NCBI GenBank assembly: GCA_963708025.1
Contig: CAVPSB010000002.1
Coordinates: 32,001-96,000, forward strand
Direction: 5' to 3'
DNA length: 64,000 nucleotides
Source of the DNA: an uncultured Candidatus Rokubacteria bacterium
GTDB taxonomy: Bacteria > Methylomirabilota > Methylomirabilia > Rokubacteriales > DASRDR01
The notes beneath the pieces are model-generated. The model worked only from the letters and a program-made list of their open reading frames with translations. It was not told the DNA's origin and ran no database searches. How positions within the stretch are numbered: position 1 is the stretch's first letter; each line of letters opens with the position of its first letter. This document shows, in pieces, positions 48,616 to 58,853 of this stretch. A program made the position numbers and the translations under genes.

Positions 48616-49974
48616 GTGAGCGTGGCCGAAGACGTCGCGCGATTCGTGCGTGACGCGACGCTGGACGGGCTGCCGCCGGTGGCGACCGCGCGGGCGAAGG
48701 AAGCGCTGGTCGACACCCTGGGCTGCGCGCTGGCCGGCGGCGAGACGCCGGCCAGCCGGGCCACGCTCGCCCTCCTCGACGGCGCGCCCACCTCCGGCGC
48801 CGCCACGGTCCTCACCACCGGCGGCAAGGCCTCCGTGGCGCAGGCCGTCTTCGCCAACGCGGTGATGGCGAGCGCGCTGGACTTCGACGACGGCCACTAC
48901 TGGTCGATGAACCATCCCGGGGCGGCGGTCGTCCCGGCGGCCCTCGCCGCGGCCGAGGCCCGGCGCCGCCCCGGGCGCGACCTGCTGGCGGCGGTGGTGG
49001 CCGGGTACGAGATCGCGATCCACGCGGGCGCGATCCTCAACGCCCACCCGCGCGAGCGCCTGTACGGCTCCGGCGCGTCGGGCGCCTATGGCGCCGCGGC
49101 GGCCGTTGCCCGGCTGCTCGGCCTCGACCTGACCCGGATCGTTCACGCCCTCGGCGTCGCCCGGTGCCACCTGCCGGTCTCCCCGGTGCTGGACAGCATC
49201 CCGCATGGGGCCGCGACCAAGGAGAGCCTCGGCTGGGGGGCCCTGACCGGTACCGTGGCCGCCCTCCTGGCCGAGAAGGGGTTCAGCGGCCCGCCGAACG
49301 AGCTCGACGAGCCGCACCGCGGAGCCGGATCGGGTGTGGAGGCGCTGGCCGGGCTGGGCCGCCGGTTCCGGATCACCGAGACGTACATCAAGCGGTTCCC
49401 GGCCTGTCTGTGGACGCATGCCGCCGTCGACGCGGCGCTCCAGCTTCGCGGGGACCATCGGCTGACGGCCGGAGACATCGGCGAGGCGACCGTGTGGACC
49501 CACCAGCGCGCGGTCGCCATCGACAACCCGGCGCCAAGGTCGATCGAGGCGGCCCAGTACAGCCTGCCCTACACGGTGGCCGCCGCGCTGGTGGACGGGG
49601 AGCTGGGGGTGGCCCAGATGCGGGACGAGCGGCTCCGCGATCCCCGGATCCTCGATCTGGCGGCCCGGGTGCGGCTCGCCCTCGACCCCCGGCTGGACAC
49701 GATGTATCCCGCCCGGCGCGCCGCTCGGGTCGAGATCCGGACGGTGGACGGCCGGAAATGCGAGCGGGAGGTTCTGGCGATCAGGGGATCGGCCGACGAT
49801 CCCCTGACCTCCCGGGAGGTGGACGACAAGTTCCGGCGACTGGCGGACCCGGTGCTCGGCGAGCCGGCGGCCCGTCGCGCGCTGGCGCTGTTGCGGGAGA
49901 TCGAGCACCACGACGACCTCGCGCCGCTCTGGGCCGCGCTGTCAGCGCGTCAAGCCGGCGCGGCGCGATGCTGA
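48616..49974 (+). CDS. MmgE/PrpD-family protein
   Basis: VDTLGCALAG, ALDFDDGH...HPG, GYE, YIKRFPAC..TH, AQYSLPY. Confidence 0.92.
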   Translation: MSVAEDVARFVRDATLDGLPPVATARAKEALVDTLGCALAGGETPASRATLALLDGAPTSGAATVLTTGGKASVAQAVFANAVMASALDFDDGHYWSMNHPGAAVVPAALAAAEARRRPGRDLLAAVVAGYEIAIHAGAILNAHPRERLYGSGASGAYGAAAAVARLLGLDLTRIVHALGVARCHLPVSPVLDSIPHGAATKESLGWGALTGTVAALLAEKGFSGPPNELDEPHRGAGSGVEALAGLGRRFRITETYIKRFPACLWTHAAVDAALQLRGDHRLTAGDIGEATVWTHQRAVAIDNPAPRSIEAAQYSLPYTVAAALVDGELGVAQMRDERLRDPRILDLAARVRLALDPRLDTMYPARRAARVEIRTVDGRKCEREVLAIRGSADDPLTSREVDDKFRRLADPVLGEPAARRALALLREIEHHDDLAPLWAALSARQAGAARC

Positions 49975-50066
49975 GAACGCCCGAAAGACTCGCCGCTCCG
50001 ACTCCCCCCTCCCCCCCGGTGGGTGGGGGAGGGGGGTTGGGGGGGTAGGCGGGAGGTTCTCAATGA
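49972..50066 (+). repeat. Repeat family A, copy 8
   Basis: TGA-gaacgcccgaaag...ctccgactcccccctccccccc-ggtgggtgggggagggggg...gggtaggcgggaggttctcaa-TGA. Confidence 0.88.
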
Positions 50067-51412
50067 CCATCGAGGAGACGTTCATCCGGCAGTACCCCCG
50101 GTCGAAGGCGCTGTGGGAGCGGCAGTGCGGCGTGACCCCCGGGGGCATCACGCACACGGGGCGGGCCCTCGCCCCGTTTCCGCTCTTCATCACGGCCAAT
50201 CGCGGGTCCCACAAGTGGGATGCCGACGGCTTCGAATACGTGGACTATTGGCTCGGCCACGGCGCCATGCTGCTGGGGCACGCCCACCCGGCCGTGGTCG
50301 AGGCGGTGGCCAGCCAGGGGGCCAACGGCTTCCACGCCGGCGGCGAGTCGCCGCTGGCCGTCGAGTGGGGGGAGCTCGTGCAGTCGATGGTGCCGTCCGC
50401 CGAGCGGGTCCGCTTCGTCGCGTCGGGCGGCGAGGCGACGCAGATGGCGATCCGCGTCGCCCGCGCGCACGCCGGGCGGGACCGCATCCTCAAGTTCCAG
50501 GCGACGTATCACGGCTGGCACGACGCGGTCTGCCTCGGGGTCCTGCCGCCCTACGACGTGCCGTTCTCGCTGGGCGTGCCCAAGGCGATCCAGGAGACCG
50601 TGACCACCCTCCCGTTCAACGACCTGGACGCCGTGGCCCAGGCGCTCGACCGGTACGACGACGTCGCCGGCGTCATTCTCGAGCCGGGGGGCTGCTTCGA
50701 CGACACCATCCCGACCGACCCCGCCTTCCTCCGGGGGCTGCGGGAGCTGACCGCGCGGAAGCGCGTGCTCCTCATCTTCGACGAGGTGGTGACCGGCTTC
50801 CGCTACGCGCGGGGCGGCGCCCAGGAGTACTTCGGGGTGACGCCGGACCTCACCGCGCTGGGGAAAGTCGTGGCCGGCGGGCTGCCGGGCGGCGCCGTCG
50901 TCGGGAAGGCCGACGTCATGGAGGTCCTGGCCTGGCGCCCGGATCCCGAGTGGATCCGCTACCGGATGGTGCCCCACCCGGGAACCTGGAACTCGAATCC
51001 GGGGGTGGCCGCCGCCGGCATCGCGACGCTCAAGCTCGTGCGCGACACCGACGTCGTGGAGCGCGCCAAGGCGCAGACGCGGAAGCTCATCGACGGCTTC
51101 AACGAGGTCTGCCGGCGCCTCGGCGTCGAGGCGGTCGCGTACGGGCGCGCCTCCATCTTCAAGTTCCGCAAGGGGCCGGCGCCGCGGATGCTCTCCGGCG
51201 ACTACTCCGATCACCGCGCGGAGACGGACCGGCTCCTGGCCGGGTGGGGCGCGACCGCCGGGAAGATCCGCAAGGCGATGCTGTTCGAAGGCGTCGACCT
51301 GATGCGGACCGAGGGATTCCTGTCGGCGGTTCACGGAGACGACGACATCGAGAAGACCTGTCGCGGCCTCGAGCGCGCGCTCCAGCGGATCCGTGACGAA
51401 GGCGGAGTCTGA
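50063..51412 (+). CDS. Class III PLP aminotransferase, paralog 2
   Basis: WDADGFEYVDYW, YHGWHD, FDEVVTGFR, ALGKVVAGGLP. Confidence 0.9.
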   Translation: MTIEETFIRQYPRSKALWERQCGVTPGGITHTGRALAPFPLFITANRGSHKWDADGFEYVDYWLGHGAMLLGHAHPAVVEAVASQGANGFHAGGESPLAVEWGELVQSMVPSAERVRFVASGGEATQMAIRVARAHAGRDRILKFQATYHGWHDAVCLGVLPPYDVPFSLGVPKAIQETVTTLPFNDLDAVAQALDRYDDVAGVILEPGGCFDDTIPTDPAFLRGLRELTARKRVLLIFDEVVTGFRYARGGAQEYFGVTPDLTALGKVVAGGLPGGAVVGKADVMEVLAWRPDPEWIRYRMVPHPGTWNSNPGVAAAGIATLKLVRDTDVVERAKAQTRKLIDGFNEVCRRLGVEAVAYGRASIFKFRKGPAPRMLSGDYSDHRAETDRLLAGWGATAGKIRKAMLFEGVDLMRTEGFLSAVHGDDDIEKTCRGLERALQRIRDEGGV

Positions 51413-51456
51413 GCAGGGACACGGCCGGGCGGCGATTGACACGCCTGCACGGTTGC

Positions 51457-51613
51457 CCTAGCTTCCTTGAAGCGCCACGGTCGTGTCAAAAGGGCGGGAC
51501 CGAGGAGCGAGCAGCGCTAGGACGCAGGGAGTCGCCGACCGCAGGCGTACTCCGAGTACGCCGAGGATCGGCGACGACCGAGGACGACGCGATGCGACGC
51601 TCATCGGCCCCGC
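51457..51613 (+). repeat. Repeat family C copy
   Basis: gggcgggaccgaggagcgagcagcgctaggacgcagggag...gcaggcgtactccgagtacgccgaggatcggc...ctcatcggccccgcc. Confidence 0.88.
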
Positions 51614-51629
51614 CACGGGAGACGGAGCC

Positions 51630-52520
51630 ATGGTCGGTCCGGTCGGCTTCATCGGGTTCGGGGAGGCGGCGAAGGTCCTGGCGGGCGGGCTGAAGGAGGC
51701 CGGGCTCTCGCTGCTGGCGTACTGCCGCGGCACGCGGCACGCCCCCCCGTACACCGCGGAGTTCCGGCGGGAGGCGGCGGCGCTCGGGGTCCAGCTGGTC
51801 GACACGCTGGAGGAGCTGGCCCGGGACGCCGAGGTCCTGATCTCCGCCGTCTCGCCGGGGGCGGCGGGGACGGTGGCGGCGGAGAGCGCGCGGCTCCTGG
51901 GCCCTCGGCACCTCTTCGTCAACCTCAACGCCGTCGCGCCGGCGACGAAGGACGCCATGGCGGCCGGCGTCGCGGCGGTCGGCGCCCGCTTCGTCGATGC
52001 CGAGCTGATGGGGGCCGCCTCGCTCTACGGCGCGGCGGTGCCGCTGTACGTCTCGGGGAGCGGGGCGGAGGGCTTCAGACAGGCGTTCGCGCCGCTCGGG
52101 CTGAACGTCACCCTCGTTCCGGGGGCGCCGAGCGCGGCGGCCGCGCTCAAGATGCTGCGGAGCGTGGTCACCAAGGGCATGGAGGCCGTGATCGTCGAGG
52201 CGATGTTCGCGGCGTTCCGGGCGGGGGTGGCGCGGGAGGCCTTCGCGGCGATCACCGAGCCGATGGACGCCGTGAAGTTCTCGGACTTCGCCAAGATGTG
52301 CCTCACCTCGGACCCGATCCATTCCGGCCGCCGGGCCGAAGAGATGCGGAGCGTCAGCGAGGTGGTCCGCCGCCTGGGCGTCGAGCCCATCATGACGGAC
52401 GCCGCCCAGCGGCGGCTCGCGTGGTCGGCGGCCCTGGGGGGCCGGCCGGCGGCGCCGACGCCGGCGATGACCGACTACCTCGAGGTGCTGACCTGGTACG
52501 ATCGGTGGGACCGCCAATGA
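51630..52520 (+). CDS. NAD(P)-dependent oxidoreductase (beta-hydroxyacid DH-like, DUF1932 type)
   Basis: VGFIGFGEAA; AAALKMLRSVVTKG; HSGRRAEEM. Confidence 0.85.
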   Translation: MVGPVGFIGFGEAAKVLAGGLKEAGLSLLAYCRGTRHAPPYTAEFRREAAALGVQLVDTLEELARDAEVLISAVSPGAAGTVAAESARLLGPRHLFVNLNAVAPATKDAMAAGVAAVGARFVDAELMGAASLYGAAVPLYVSGSGAEGFRQAFAPLGLNVTLVPGAPSAAAALKMLRSVVTKGMEAVIVEAMFAAFRAGVAREAFAAITEPMDAVKFSDFAKMCLTSDPIHSGRRAEEMRSVSEVVRRLGVEPIMTDAAQRRLAWSAALGGRPAAPTPAMTDYLEVLTWYDRWDRQ

Positions 52521-52582
52521 CCGGCGCTGGCCGCCACCGGCGCCGGCGCACATCCGAACCGCTTTCAGACAGGGGGCGTTTC

Positions 52583-53566
52583 ATGACCGGAAGATTCGTG
52601 ACGCTGGTCGTCCTGGCCGTCGCGGCGATGATCGGGGTCGGCACGATCGCCAACGCGGCGCCGAGCGTGGACTTCGCCGCCGCGTGCACCTGGTACGGGC
52701 ACGTGCCGATCATCACCGGCATCGAGAAGGGCTGGTTCAAGGAGGCGGGGGCCGACGTGAAGCTCCAGACCATCGTGAGCAGCGCCGACCGCATGCTCGC
52801 CCTCACCAGCGGGGCGATCGGTTGGACGAACACCGGGCAGCTGGCGACGATCGCCGAGATGGCCAAGGGGAACCGCACCTTCTACTGGGTCGGCATGATC
52901 GACGAGGTGGCCGGCCAGGAGGGGCTGGCGGTGCGGCCGGGGATCACCCGCGTCGAGGAGCTCCGGGGCAAGAAGATCGGGGTGCCGAGCAACTCGAGCG
53001 CCGAGGTCACCGCGTCCCTACTGCTGCAGGATGCCGGCCTCACCCGCAAGGACGTGGAGATCATTCCGCTCACCGTCACCGACATCACGACCGCCTTCGC
53101 CCGGGGCCAGATCGACGCCTACGCGGTCTGGCAGCCCACGCTGTCCTCGGCGCTGGCCGGGCAGCCGGGGGCGAAGATCCTGGCGACGAACGCCGACACC
53201 AACCTCTACAAGAAGGAAGGGACCATCGCCGCCGGCGACGTGGTGGTCATGCGGCGCGACCTCGTCAACGGCAACCCCCAGCTGGCCGGCGCCATCCTGA
53301 AAGGGCTGACGAAGGCGCTCGCCTACGTGAAGACCAACCCGGCGGACGCCGCCGCCGCCGTCGCCTCCTGCTACCGCACGGAGCCCGCGAAGGCGCTGGA
53401 GAGCCTCCGCACCTTCACGTACTACGAGGGCACCCGGCAGAAGACCATGGCGCCCAACGTGCTCCGGGTGCTGAACCAGCTGGTCGAGTGGGCGCACAGC
53501 TCGGGGCGCATCGCCACCCGACCGGATCCGGCCGAGTGGATGAACCCGAAGCTCTGGCCGGAGTAG
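52583..53566 (+). CDS. ABC substrate-binding protein (SsuA/TauA/NMT1-like)
   Basis: Signal peptide; ELRGKKIG; GQIDAYAVWQP. Confidence 0.85.
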   Translation: MTGRFVTLVVLAVAAMIGVGTIANAAPSVDFAAACTWYGHVPIITGIEKGWFKEAGADVKLQTIVSSADRMLALTSGAIGWTNTGQLATIAEMAKGNRTFYWVGMIDEVAGQEGLAVRPGITRVEELRGKKIGVPSNSSAEVTASLLLQDAGLTRKDVEIIPLTVTDITTAFARGQIDAYAVWQPTLSSALAGQPGAKILATNADTNLYKKEGTIAAGDVVVMRRDLVNGNPQLAGAILKGLTKALAYVKTNPADAAAAVASCYRTEPAKALESLRTFTYYEGTRQKTMAPNVLRVLNQLVEWAHSSGRIATRPDPAEWMNPKLWPE

Positions 53567-53610
53567 GCGGCGCTCCGGGCGCGGGGCGGGCGGGCCGGGG
53601 GGCGACCGGG

Positions 53611-54438
53611 ATGGGTGCCGTCGAGGCGGGAATCGAGAGAGCCACGCCGGCGCCCGGCGGGCGGGCGGGGAGTCAACGCTGGCGCTACGCCCTGGTCAGC
53701 GTCGCCTCGGCGCTCGGGTTCTTCGCGGTCTGGCAGCTGGTGACCGCCACCGAGCTGATCTCGCCGCTCTTCCTGCCCTCCCCGGCCGCGGTGTGGGCGG
53801 AGGCGCGGAAGCTGGCGGTGAGCGGGGAGCTGCCGACCCACATCCTGACCAGCGCCCGGCGCGTCTTCATCGGCTACCTCCTGTCGGCGGCGGCGGCGAT
53901 CCCGCTCGGCATCCTGATGGGCACCTCCCGCATCGCCAAGGCGATCGTGGACCCCGTGCTGTCGCTCATCCGGCCGCTCCCGTCGCTCTCCTGGATCCCG
54001 CTGAGCATCCTGTGGTTCGGGATCGGGGAGTCGCAGAAGTACTCGATCGTGTTCATGGGCACGTTCGCCACGCTCCTCCTGTACGTGGCCGAGGCGACCA
54101 AGCAGGTCAACCCGCTCCTGGTGCTGGCCGCCCGGAACATGGGCGCCAACAGCCTCGACGTCATGCGGGAGGTCGTGCTCCCGGGGGCGCTGCCGGGCAT
54201 CGTCAGCGGGCTCAAGGTGTCGCTGGCAGTCTCGTGGACCGTGGTGCTGAGCGCCGAGATGGTGGCGGCGAACCGGGGGCTGGGCGCCCTGATCTGGTTC
54301 GGCAAGGACTGGAACAACCTGGCGCTGATCATGGTCGGCATGGCGCTCATCAGCACGACGGTCTTCCTCATCGACGCCGCCGTCCGCAGCGTGGAGGACC
54401 GGATCATCCCCTGGGAGCGGCACCGGGTCAAGAAGTAG
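53611..54438 (+). CDS. ABC permease (SsuC/TauC-like)
   Basis: FLPSPAAV, RPLPSLSWIPL, WFGIGE, SAEMVAA. Confidence 0.9.
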   Translation: MGAVEAGIERATPAPGGRAGSQRWRYALVSVASALGFFAVWQLVTATELISPLFLPSPAAVWAEARKLAVSGELPTHILTSARRVFIGYLLSAAAAIPLGILMGTSRIAKAIVDPVLSLIRPLPSLSWIPLSILWFGIGESQKYSIVFMGTFATLLLYVAEATKQVNPLLVLAARNMGANSLDVMREVVLPGALPGIVSGLKVSLAVSWTVVLSAEMVAANRGLGALIWFGKDWNNLALIMVGMALISTTVFLIDAAVRSVEDRIIPWERHRVKK

Positions 54439-54442
54439 CGGC

Positions 54443-55237
54443 GTGCCCATCCTCTCCGCCGAGCACGTGACGAAGGTCTTCGCCGCCGGCCGGGGCCGCC
54501 AGGTGGTGGCGCTCCAGGACCTGAGCCTGACCGTCGAGGAGGGGGAGCTGGTCTGCCTGGTCGGCAGCTCCGGCTGCGGCAAGAGCACCTTTCTCTACCT
54601 GCTGGCCGGCTTCGTCCAGCCGACGGCCGGGCGGATCCTGCTCCACGGCCAGCCGGTCGTCGGCATCGAGCGGCGGTGCGGCATCGTGTTCCAGAGTTAC
54701 GCCCTGTTCCCGTGGAAGACCGTCCGCGGGAACGTCGAGTTCGCGCTGCGACTCAAGGGACTGCGGCCGCCGGCCGTCGCCGAGCGGTCGGCGCACTACA
54801 TCGCCATGGTGAACCTCCGCGGCTTCGAGGACCTCTACCCGGCCCAGCTCTCGGGCGGGATGCAGCAGCGGGTCGCGCTGGCGCGGGCCCTGGCCGGCGA
54901 TCCCGAGGTCCTCCTGATGGACGAGCCCTTCGCGGCGCTGGACGCGATGACCCGGCAGGTTCTCCAGCAGGAGTTCCTGAAGATCCATCAGCAGAGCCGG
55001 AAGACGACGGTGTTCGTCACCCACAACATCGACGAGGCGCTCCTCCTGTCGGACCGCATCATCGTGCTCCGCGCGAACCCCGGCCGGGTCCACGCCGTCA
55101 TCCCCAACGACCTCCCGTCACCCCGGAGCCTCGATCTGCAGGGCCACCCCGGCTACGCCAAGCTCAAGGGCATGGTCTGGGACGGCGTGGCCCAGGACGT
55201 CCACCAGCAGATCGAGGGCTCGCGGACGCCGTCGTGA
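54443..55237 (+). CDS. ABC ATP-binding protein (SsuB/TauB-like)
   Basis: [34 protein letters not shown]. Confidence 0.93.
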   Translation: MPILSAEHVTKVFAAGRGRQVVALQDLSLTVEEGELVCLVGSSGCGKSTFLYLLAGFVQPTAGRILLHGQPVVGIERRCGIVFQSYALFPWKTVRGNVEFALRLKGLRPPAVAERSAHYIAMVNLRGFEDLYPAQLSGGMQQRVALARALAGDPEVLLMDEPFAALDAMTRQVLQQEFLKIHQQSRKTTVFVTHNIDEALLLSDRIIVLRANPGRVHAVIPNDLPSPRSLDLQGHPGYAKLKGMVWDGVAQDVHQQIEGSRTPS

Positions 55238-55336
55238 GAGCGTGTGAAGGAATGGGTTCTCCGACTCCCCCCTTCCCCCCGGCCAAAGGCCGAAGGCCGT
55301 CGGACAAATGGGGTGGGCGGGAGGTCGCGAACTGAG
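55235..55336 (+). repeat. Repeat family A, copy 9
   Basis: TGAG direct repeat flanking agcgtgtgaaggaatgggttctccgactcccccc...ggccaaaggccgaaggccgtc...gggcgggaggtcgcgaac. Confidence 0.88.
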
Positions 55337-56636
55337 CGCCGCCGGCCCGCTCCCAGACCAGGCGGACGTCGTGATCGTCGGCGGCGGGATCACCGGGGCC
55401 GCCTGCGCGGCGGAGGCCGCCCGGCGGGGCGCGGCGGTCCTCCTCCTCGAGAAGGAAGGCGACCTGGCGGGGGAGGCGTCCGGCCGGAGCTTCGGCAGCC
55501 TGAGGCTCCAGGGGCGTCACCCGGCGGAGCTGCCGCTGGCGCTCGACGCCCTGGAGCTCTGGGCCCAGGCGTCGCGGGACCTGGGTGCCGACTTCGACTT
55601 CGTGCAGGGCGGGAACCTGTACGTCGCGGAGACCGCGGCCGAGGTCGCAGAGCTCCGGGAGCAGCTCGAGCGCGCCAAGGCGGCCGGGTTCACCGACGTG
55701 CGCCTGCTCGGTCCCGAGGAGACCCGGGAGATCATCCCGACGCTGGCCCGGGGGTTTGCGGGGGCCCTCTACAGCCCGCGCGACGCGCACTGCGACCCGG
55801 GCAGGGCGGTGCGGGCGTACGCGGGCGCGGCCGTGTGTCGCGGCGCGCGGATCGCCCTCGACACGAAGGTGACGGACGTCCGCGTGGCCGGCGGGGTGGT
55901 GCGGGGGGTGCGGACCGCGCGCGGCGACGTGACGGCGGCGCGCGTGGTCGTCGCCGCCGGGATCTGGACGCCCCGGCTGGTGCGCGATCTCGGGATCCGC
56001 ATCCCCATCACGCCGATCATCTACACGAACGGCGAGACGGCGCCGTTGCCGCCCTTGCTGACGGCCACCCTGCGGGCCTTCCGCTTCAGCTGCCGGCAGC
56101 GGCCCAGCGGCGAGCTGCTGTTGGGCGCCGGGCTCGACGCCCGGGTCGCGCACCGGCTGTCCCTCGAGGATCTCCGGGACCTCGGGCTTTGGCTGCCGCG
56201 CTACTGGGCCAACCGGCGCCAGATCCGGCTGCGGGTCGACGGCGCCGGGCTGTGGCGGGAGCTCCGGGGCCTGGGTCGGCCGTCAGCCTCGGGGATCCCG
56301 GTTGGCGCCCACCCCGCTGCCGACGCGCGCGTCCTGGCTCCCGCGCTGGCCGCGCTCCAGACATGGCTCCCGGTCGCCCGCGGCGCCTCGATCGCGCGCA
56401 GCTGGGCGGGCGTCCTCGACCTCTCCCCCGACGGCCTGCCGGTGATCGAGCGGACGGCGCGACCCGACGGCCTCGTGCTCCTCACCGGCCTCAGCGGCCA
56501 CGGCCTGGCGCTGGCCCCCGTGCTCGGGAAGATCCTGGCCGACCTCGCCCTGGATGGGCGCACGGGCCACGATCTGTCACCCTTCCGGCTGGCCCGGCTC
56601 GCGGGCGCCGTGCCGCTGCCGCCCCGCCTGGTGTAG
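55332..56636 (+). CDS. FAD-dependent oxidoreductase (DAO/sarcosine oxidase-like), probable CTG start
   Basis: VVIVGGGITG, EASGRSFG, SWAGVLDLSPDGLPVI, GLSGHG. Confidence 0.9.
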   Translation: MSAAGPLPDQADVVIVGGGITGAACAAEAARRGAAVLLLEKEGDLAGEASGRSFGSLRLQGRHPAELPLALDALELWAQASRDLGADFDFVQGGNLYVAETAAEVAELREQLERAKAAGFTDVRLLGPEETREIIPTLARGFAGALYSPRDAHCDPGRAVRAYAGAAVCRGARIALDTKVTDVRVAGGVVRGVRTARGDVTAARVVVAAGIWTPRLVRDLGIRIPITPIIYTNGETAPLPPLLTATLRAFRFSCRQRPSGELLLGAGLDARVAHRLSLEDLRDLGLWLPRYWANRRQIRLRVDGAGLWRELRGLGRPSASGIPVGAHPAADARVLAPALAALQTWLPVARGASIARSWAGVLDLSPDGLPVIERTARPDGLVLLTGLSGHGLALAPVLGKILADLALDGRTGHDLSPFRLARLAGAVPLPPRLV

Positions 56637-56646
56637 GAGGTTCCTC

Positions 56647-58851
56647 GTGGACGGAGCGGGAGCGCGGGAGCGCCGGGAGGGGATGGACGCGGAGGCGGGA
56701 GAGGCCTTCCCGCCGATGGTAGACGCGGCGGCGCGCTGGCCCGTCGTGGAGCGCGCGCTCGCAGAGGGCCGCCTGGTGCTGGCCGAGCCGGAGGCCGCCG
56801 AGCTGCTCGCCGCCTACGGCGTGCCCCAGCCCCGGGAGAGCCTGGCAACGAGCGGTCAGGCCGCCGTGGACGCGGCCCGGCGCCTCGGGTACCCCGTCGT
56901 CCTGAAGGCGTGCTCGCCCGACCTGCTCCACAAGTCGGATGTCGGCGCCGTGCGGCTCGGGCTCGGCGACGACCGGGCGGTGGCCGCGGCGTTCGAGGAG
57001 CTCCGGTCCCTCGTGGCGGCGCGCGGTGGCCGCTGGCTCGGCGGGCTCGTCCAGGAGCAGGTGGCGGCCGACCTCGAGCTGATCGTGGGCGCCCGCTTCG
57101 ACGTGACGTTCGGGCCGGTGGTCCTGGTCGGCTTCGGCGGGACGCTGGCCGAGCTCCTGGAGGACCGCGCGGTCCGGGTCGCGCCGGTCGGCCCGGGGAC
57201 GGCCCGGCGGATGCTGGCGGAGCTCCGCGGCTCGCGCCTCCTGACCGGGTATCGGGGGCGGCCCGCGGCCGACCTCGAGGCGCTCGCCCGGCTCATCGCC
57301 GCCACCAGCCGGCTCGTGAACGAGGTGCCGGTCGAGGAGCTGGATCTCAACCCAGTCCTGGTCCGGCTGGGCGCGCGCGGGGTGGTGGCCGTCGACCGCC
57401 GGGTGATCCTGAGACGGGCGGAGCCCGTGTCGGCGCCGCCTCGGCCCGGCGACGCGCGGGAGGCGGTCCGGCGCCTCCTCAATCCCGCGTCGGTGGCGGT
57501 AGTGGGCGCCAGCCGGGATGCCGTGAAGATCGGGAGCCGGGTGCTCCGCAACCTCACCCGGGCCGGGTTCCCCGGCCGGATCTTCGCGGTGAACCCGCGG
57601 GGGGAGGCGGTGCTCGATTCCGTCCCGACCGTGAAGTCGGTCGGCGAGCTGCCCCGGGACCTCGACCTCGCCTGCATCGCGGTGCCGCCCGAGGCGTGCG
57701 AGTCGGTCATCCGGGCCTGCGGGGAGCAGGGCATCCCGTCCGCGATCGTGTTCACCTCCGGGTTCGCCGAGGCCGGCCAGGCGGAGGCCGAGCGCCGGCT
57801 CGTCGAGGCCGCCCGCGGCGCCGGGGTGCGCTTCTGCGGCCCCAACACCCTCGGCATCCTGAACCCGGACGCCCGCTTCTACGGCACCTTCAGCGGGGCG
57901 CTCGCGATGACGCCGCCGACCGGCGGCGAGATCGCCTATCTGTCGCAGAGCGGCGCGCTGGGCGGTGCCTTCATGACCCGGTTGTGGGAGCGGGGCATCG
58001 GGATCTGCCGCTTCGTGTCGGTCGGGAACCAGGCGGATCTCGACCTGGCCGACTACGTGGACGCGCTCGTGGAGGACGCGGCGGTGCGGGTCCTCGCGCT
58101 CTTCGTCGAGGGCGTGGCCGACGGGCGGAAGCTCGGCCGGGCCCTCGGGCGGGCCCGGGACCGGGGCAAGCCGGTGGTCGTCTACAAGGCCGGCCGCACC
58201 CGGGAGGGCCAGTCCGCCATCCGCTCGCATACCGGCGCCCTCGCCGGTGACGACGTGGTGTGGTCGGCCGCGCTCTGGCAGGCGGGGGCGATCCGGGTGA
58301 CCGACATGCAGACCCTGTTCGATGCGGCGCTCGCGCTGGCGTGGCAGCCCCGCCCGGCCGGGCGGCGGGTGGGGATCGTCTCGACCTCCGGCGGCGCCTG
58401 CGGGATCCTCGCCGACGAGTGCCGCCTTCGCGGCTTCGAGGTGCCGGAGCTGCCTCCGGCCTCCCGGCAGCGGGTCGAGGCCGAGATCCCGAGCTTCGGG
58501 GCCTCGAAGAACCCGATCGACGTCACCGCGCAGATGCTCAGCCGGCCGGAGATGTTCCGGAACGTGCTCCGGATCCTGGGCGAGGAGCCGGAGATCGACG
58601 TCATCATCCTGATGCTGACCACACTGGCCGACCCCGTCGCCGAGGAGGTCGCCGAGCAGATCGCGGCCACGACCCGGGGCCTCGCCAAGCCGGTCCTGGC
58701 GAGCTGGATCATCGCGCGGTCCCTGGCGGCGAAGGGGATGGCCCGGCTGATGGACGCTCGCATCCCGCTCTACGACACCCCCGAGCGGGCCGTCGCGGCG
58801 CTGGCCGCGCTCGCCGACTGGCCGGGCCCGGGGGAAGGGGAAGGGGTCTGA
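56647..58851 (+). CDS. ADP-forming acyl-CoA synthetase, fused with the ATP-grasp domain first
   Basis: N-terminal GYPVVLK, HKSDVG, FGPVV, LDLNP; C-terminal VAVVGAS, GPNTLG, SQSG, SHTGALAG, NPID. Confidence 0.9.
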   Translation: MDGAGARERREGMDAEAGEAFPPMVDAAARWPVVERALAEGRLVLAEPEAAELLAAYGVPQPRESLATSGQAAVDAARRLGYPVVLKACSPDLLHKSDVGAVRLGLGDDRAVAAAFEELRSLVAARGGRWLGGLVQEQVAADLELIVGARFDVTFGPVVLVGFGGTLAELLEDRAVRVAPVGPGTARRMLAELRGSRLLTGYRGRPAADLEALARLIAATSRLVNEVPVEELDLNPVLVRLGARGVVAVDRRVILRRAEPVSAPPRPGDAREAVRRLLNPASVAVVGASRDAVKIGSRVLRNLTRAGFPGRIFAVNPRGEAVLDSVPTVKSVGELPRDLDLACIAVPPEACESVIRACGEQGIPSAIVFTSGFAEAGQAEAERRLVEAARGAGVRFCGPNTLGILNPDARFYGTFSGALAMTPPTGGEIAYLSQSGALGGAFMTRLWERGIGICRFVSVGNQADLDLADYVDALVEDAAVRVLALFVEGVADGRKLGRALGRARDRGKPVVVYKAGRTREGQSAIRSHTGALAGDDVVWSAALWQAGAIRVTDMQTLFDAALALAWQPRPAGRRVGIVSTSGGACGILADECRLRGFEVPELPPASRQRVEAEIPSFGASKNPIDVTAQMLSRPEMFRNVLRILGEEPEIDVIILMLTTLADPVAEEVAEQIAATTRGLAKPVLASWIIARSLAAKGMARLMDARIPLYDTPERAVAALAALADWPGPGEGEGV

Positions 58852-58853
58852 CG

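Noticed and set aside
45547-51412. Calling either class III aminotransferase hemL
   Set aside because: Both have PGGITH instead of HemL's PGGVNSPVR and no hem gene context.
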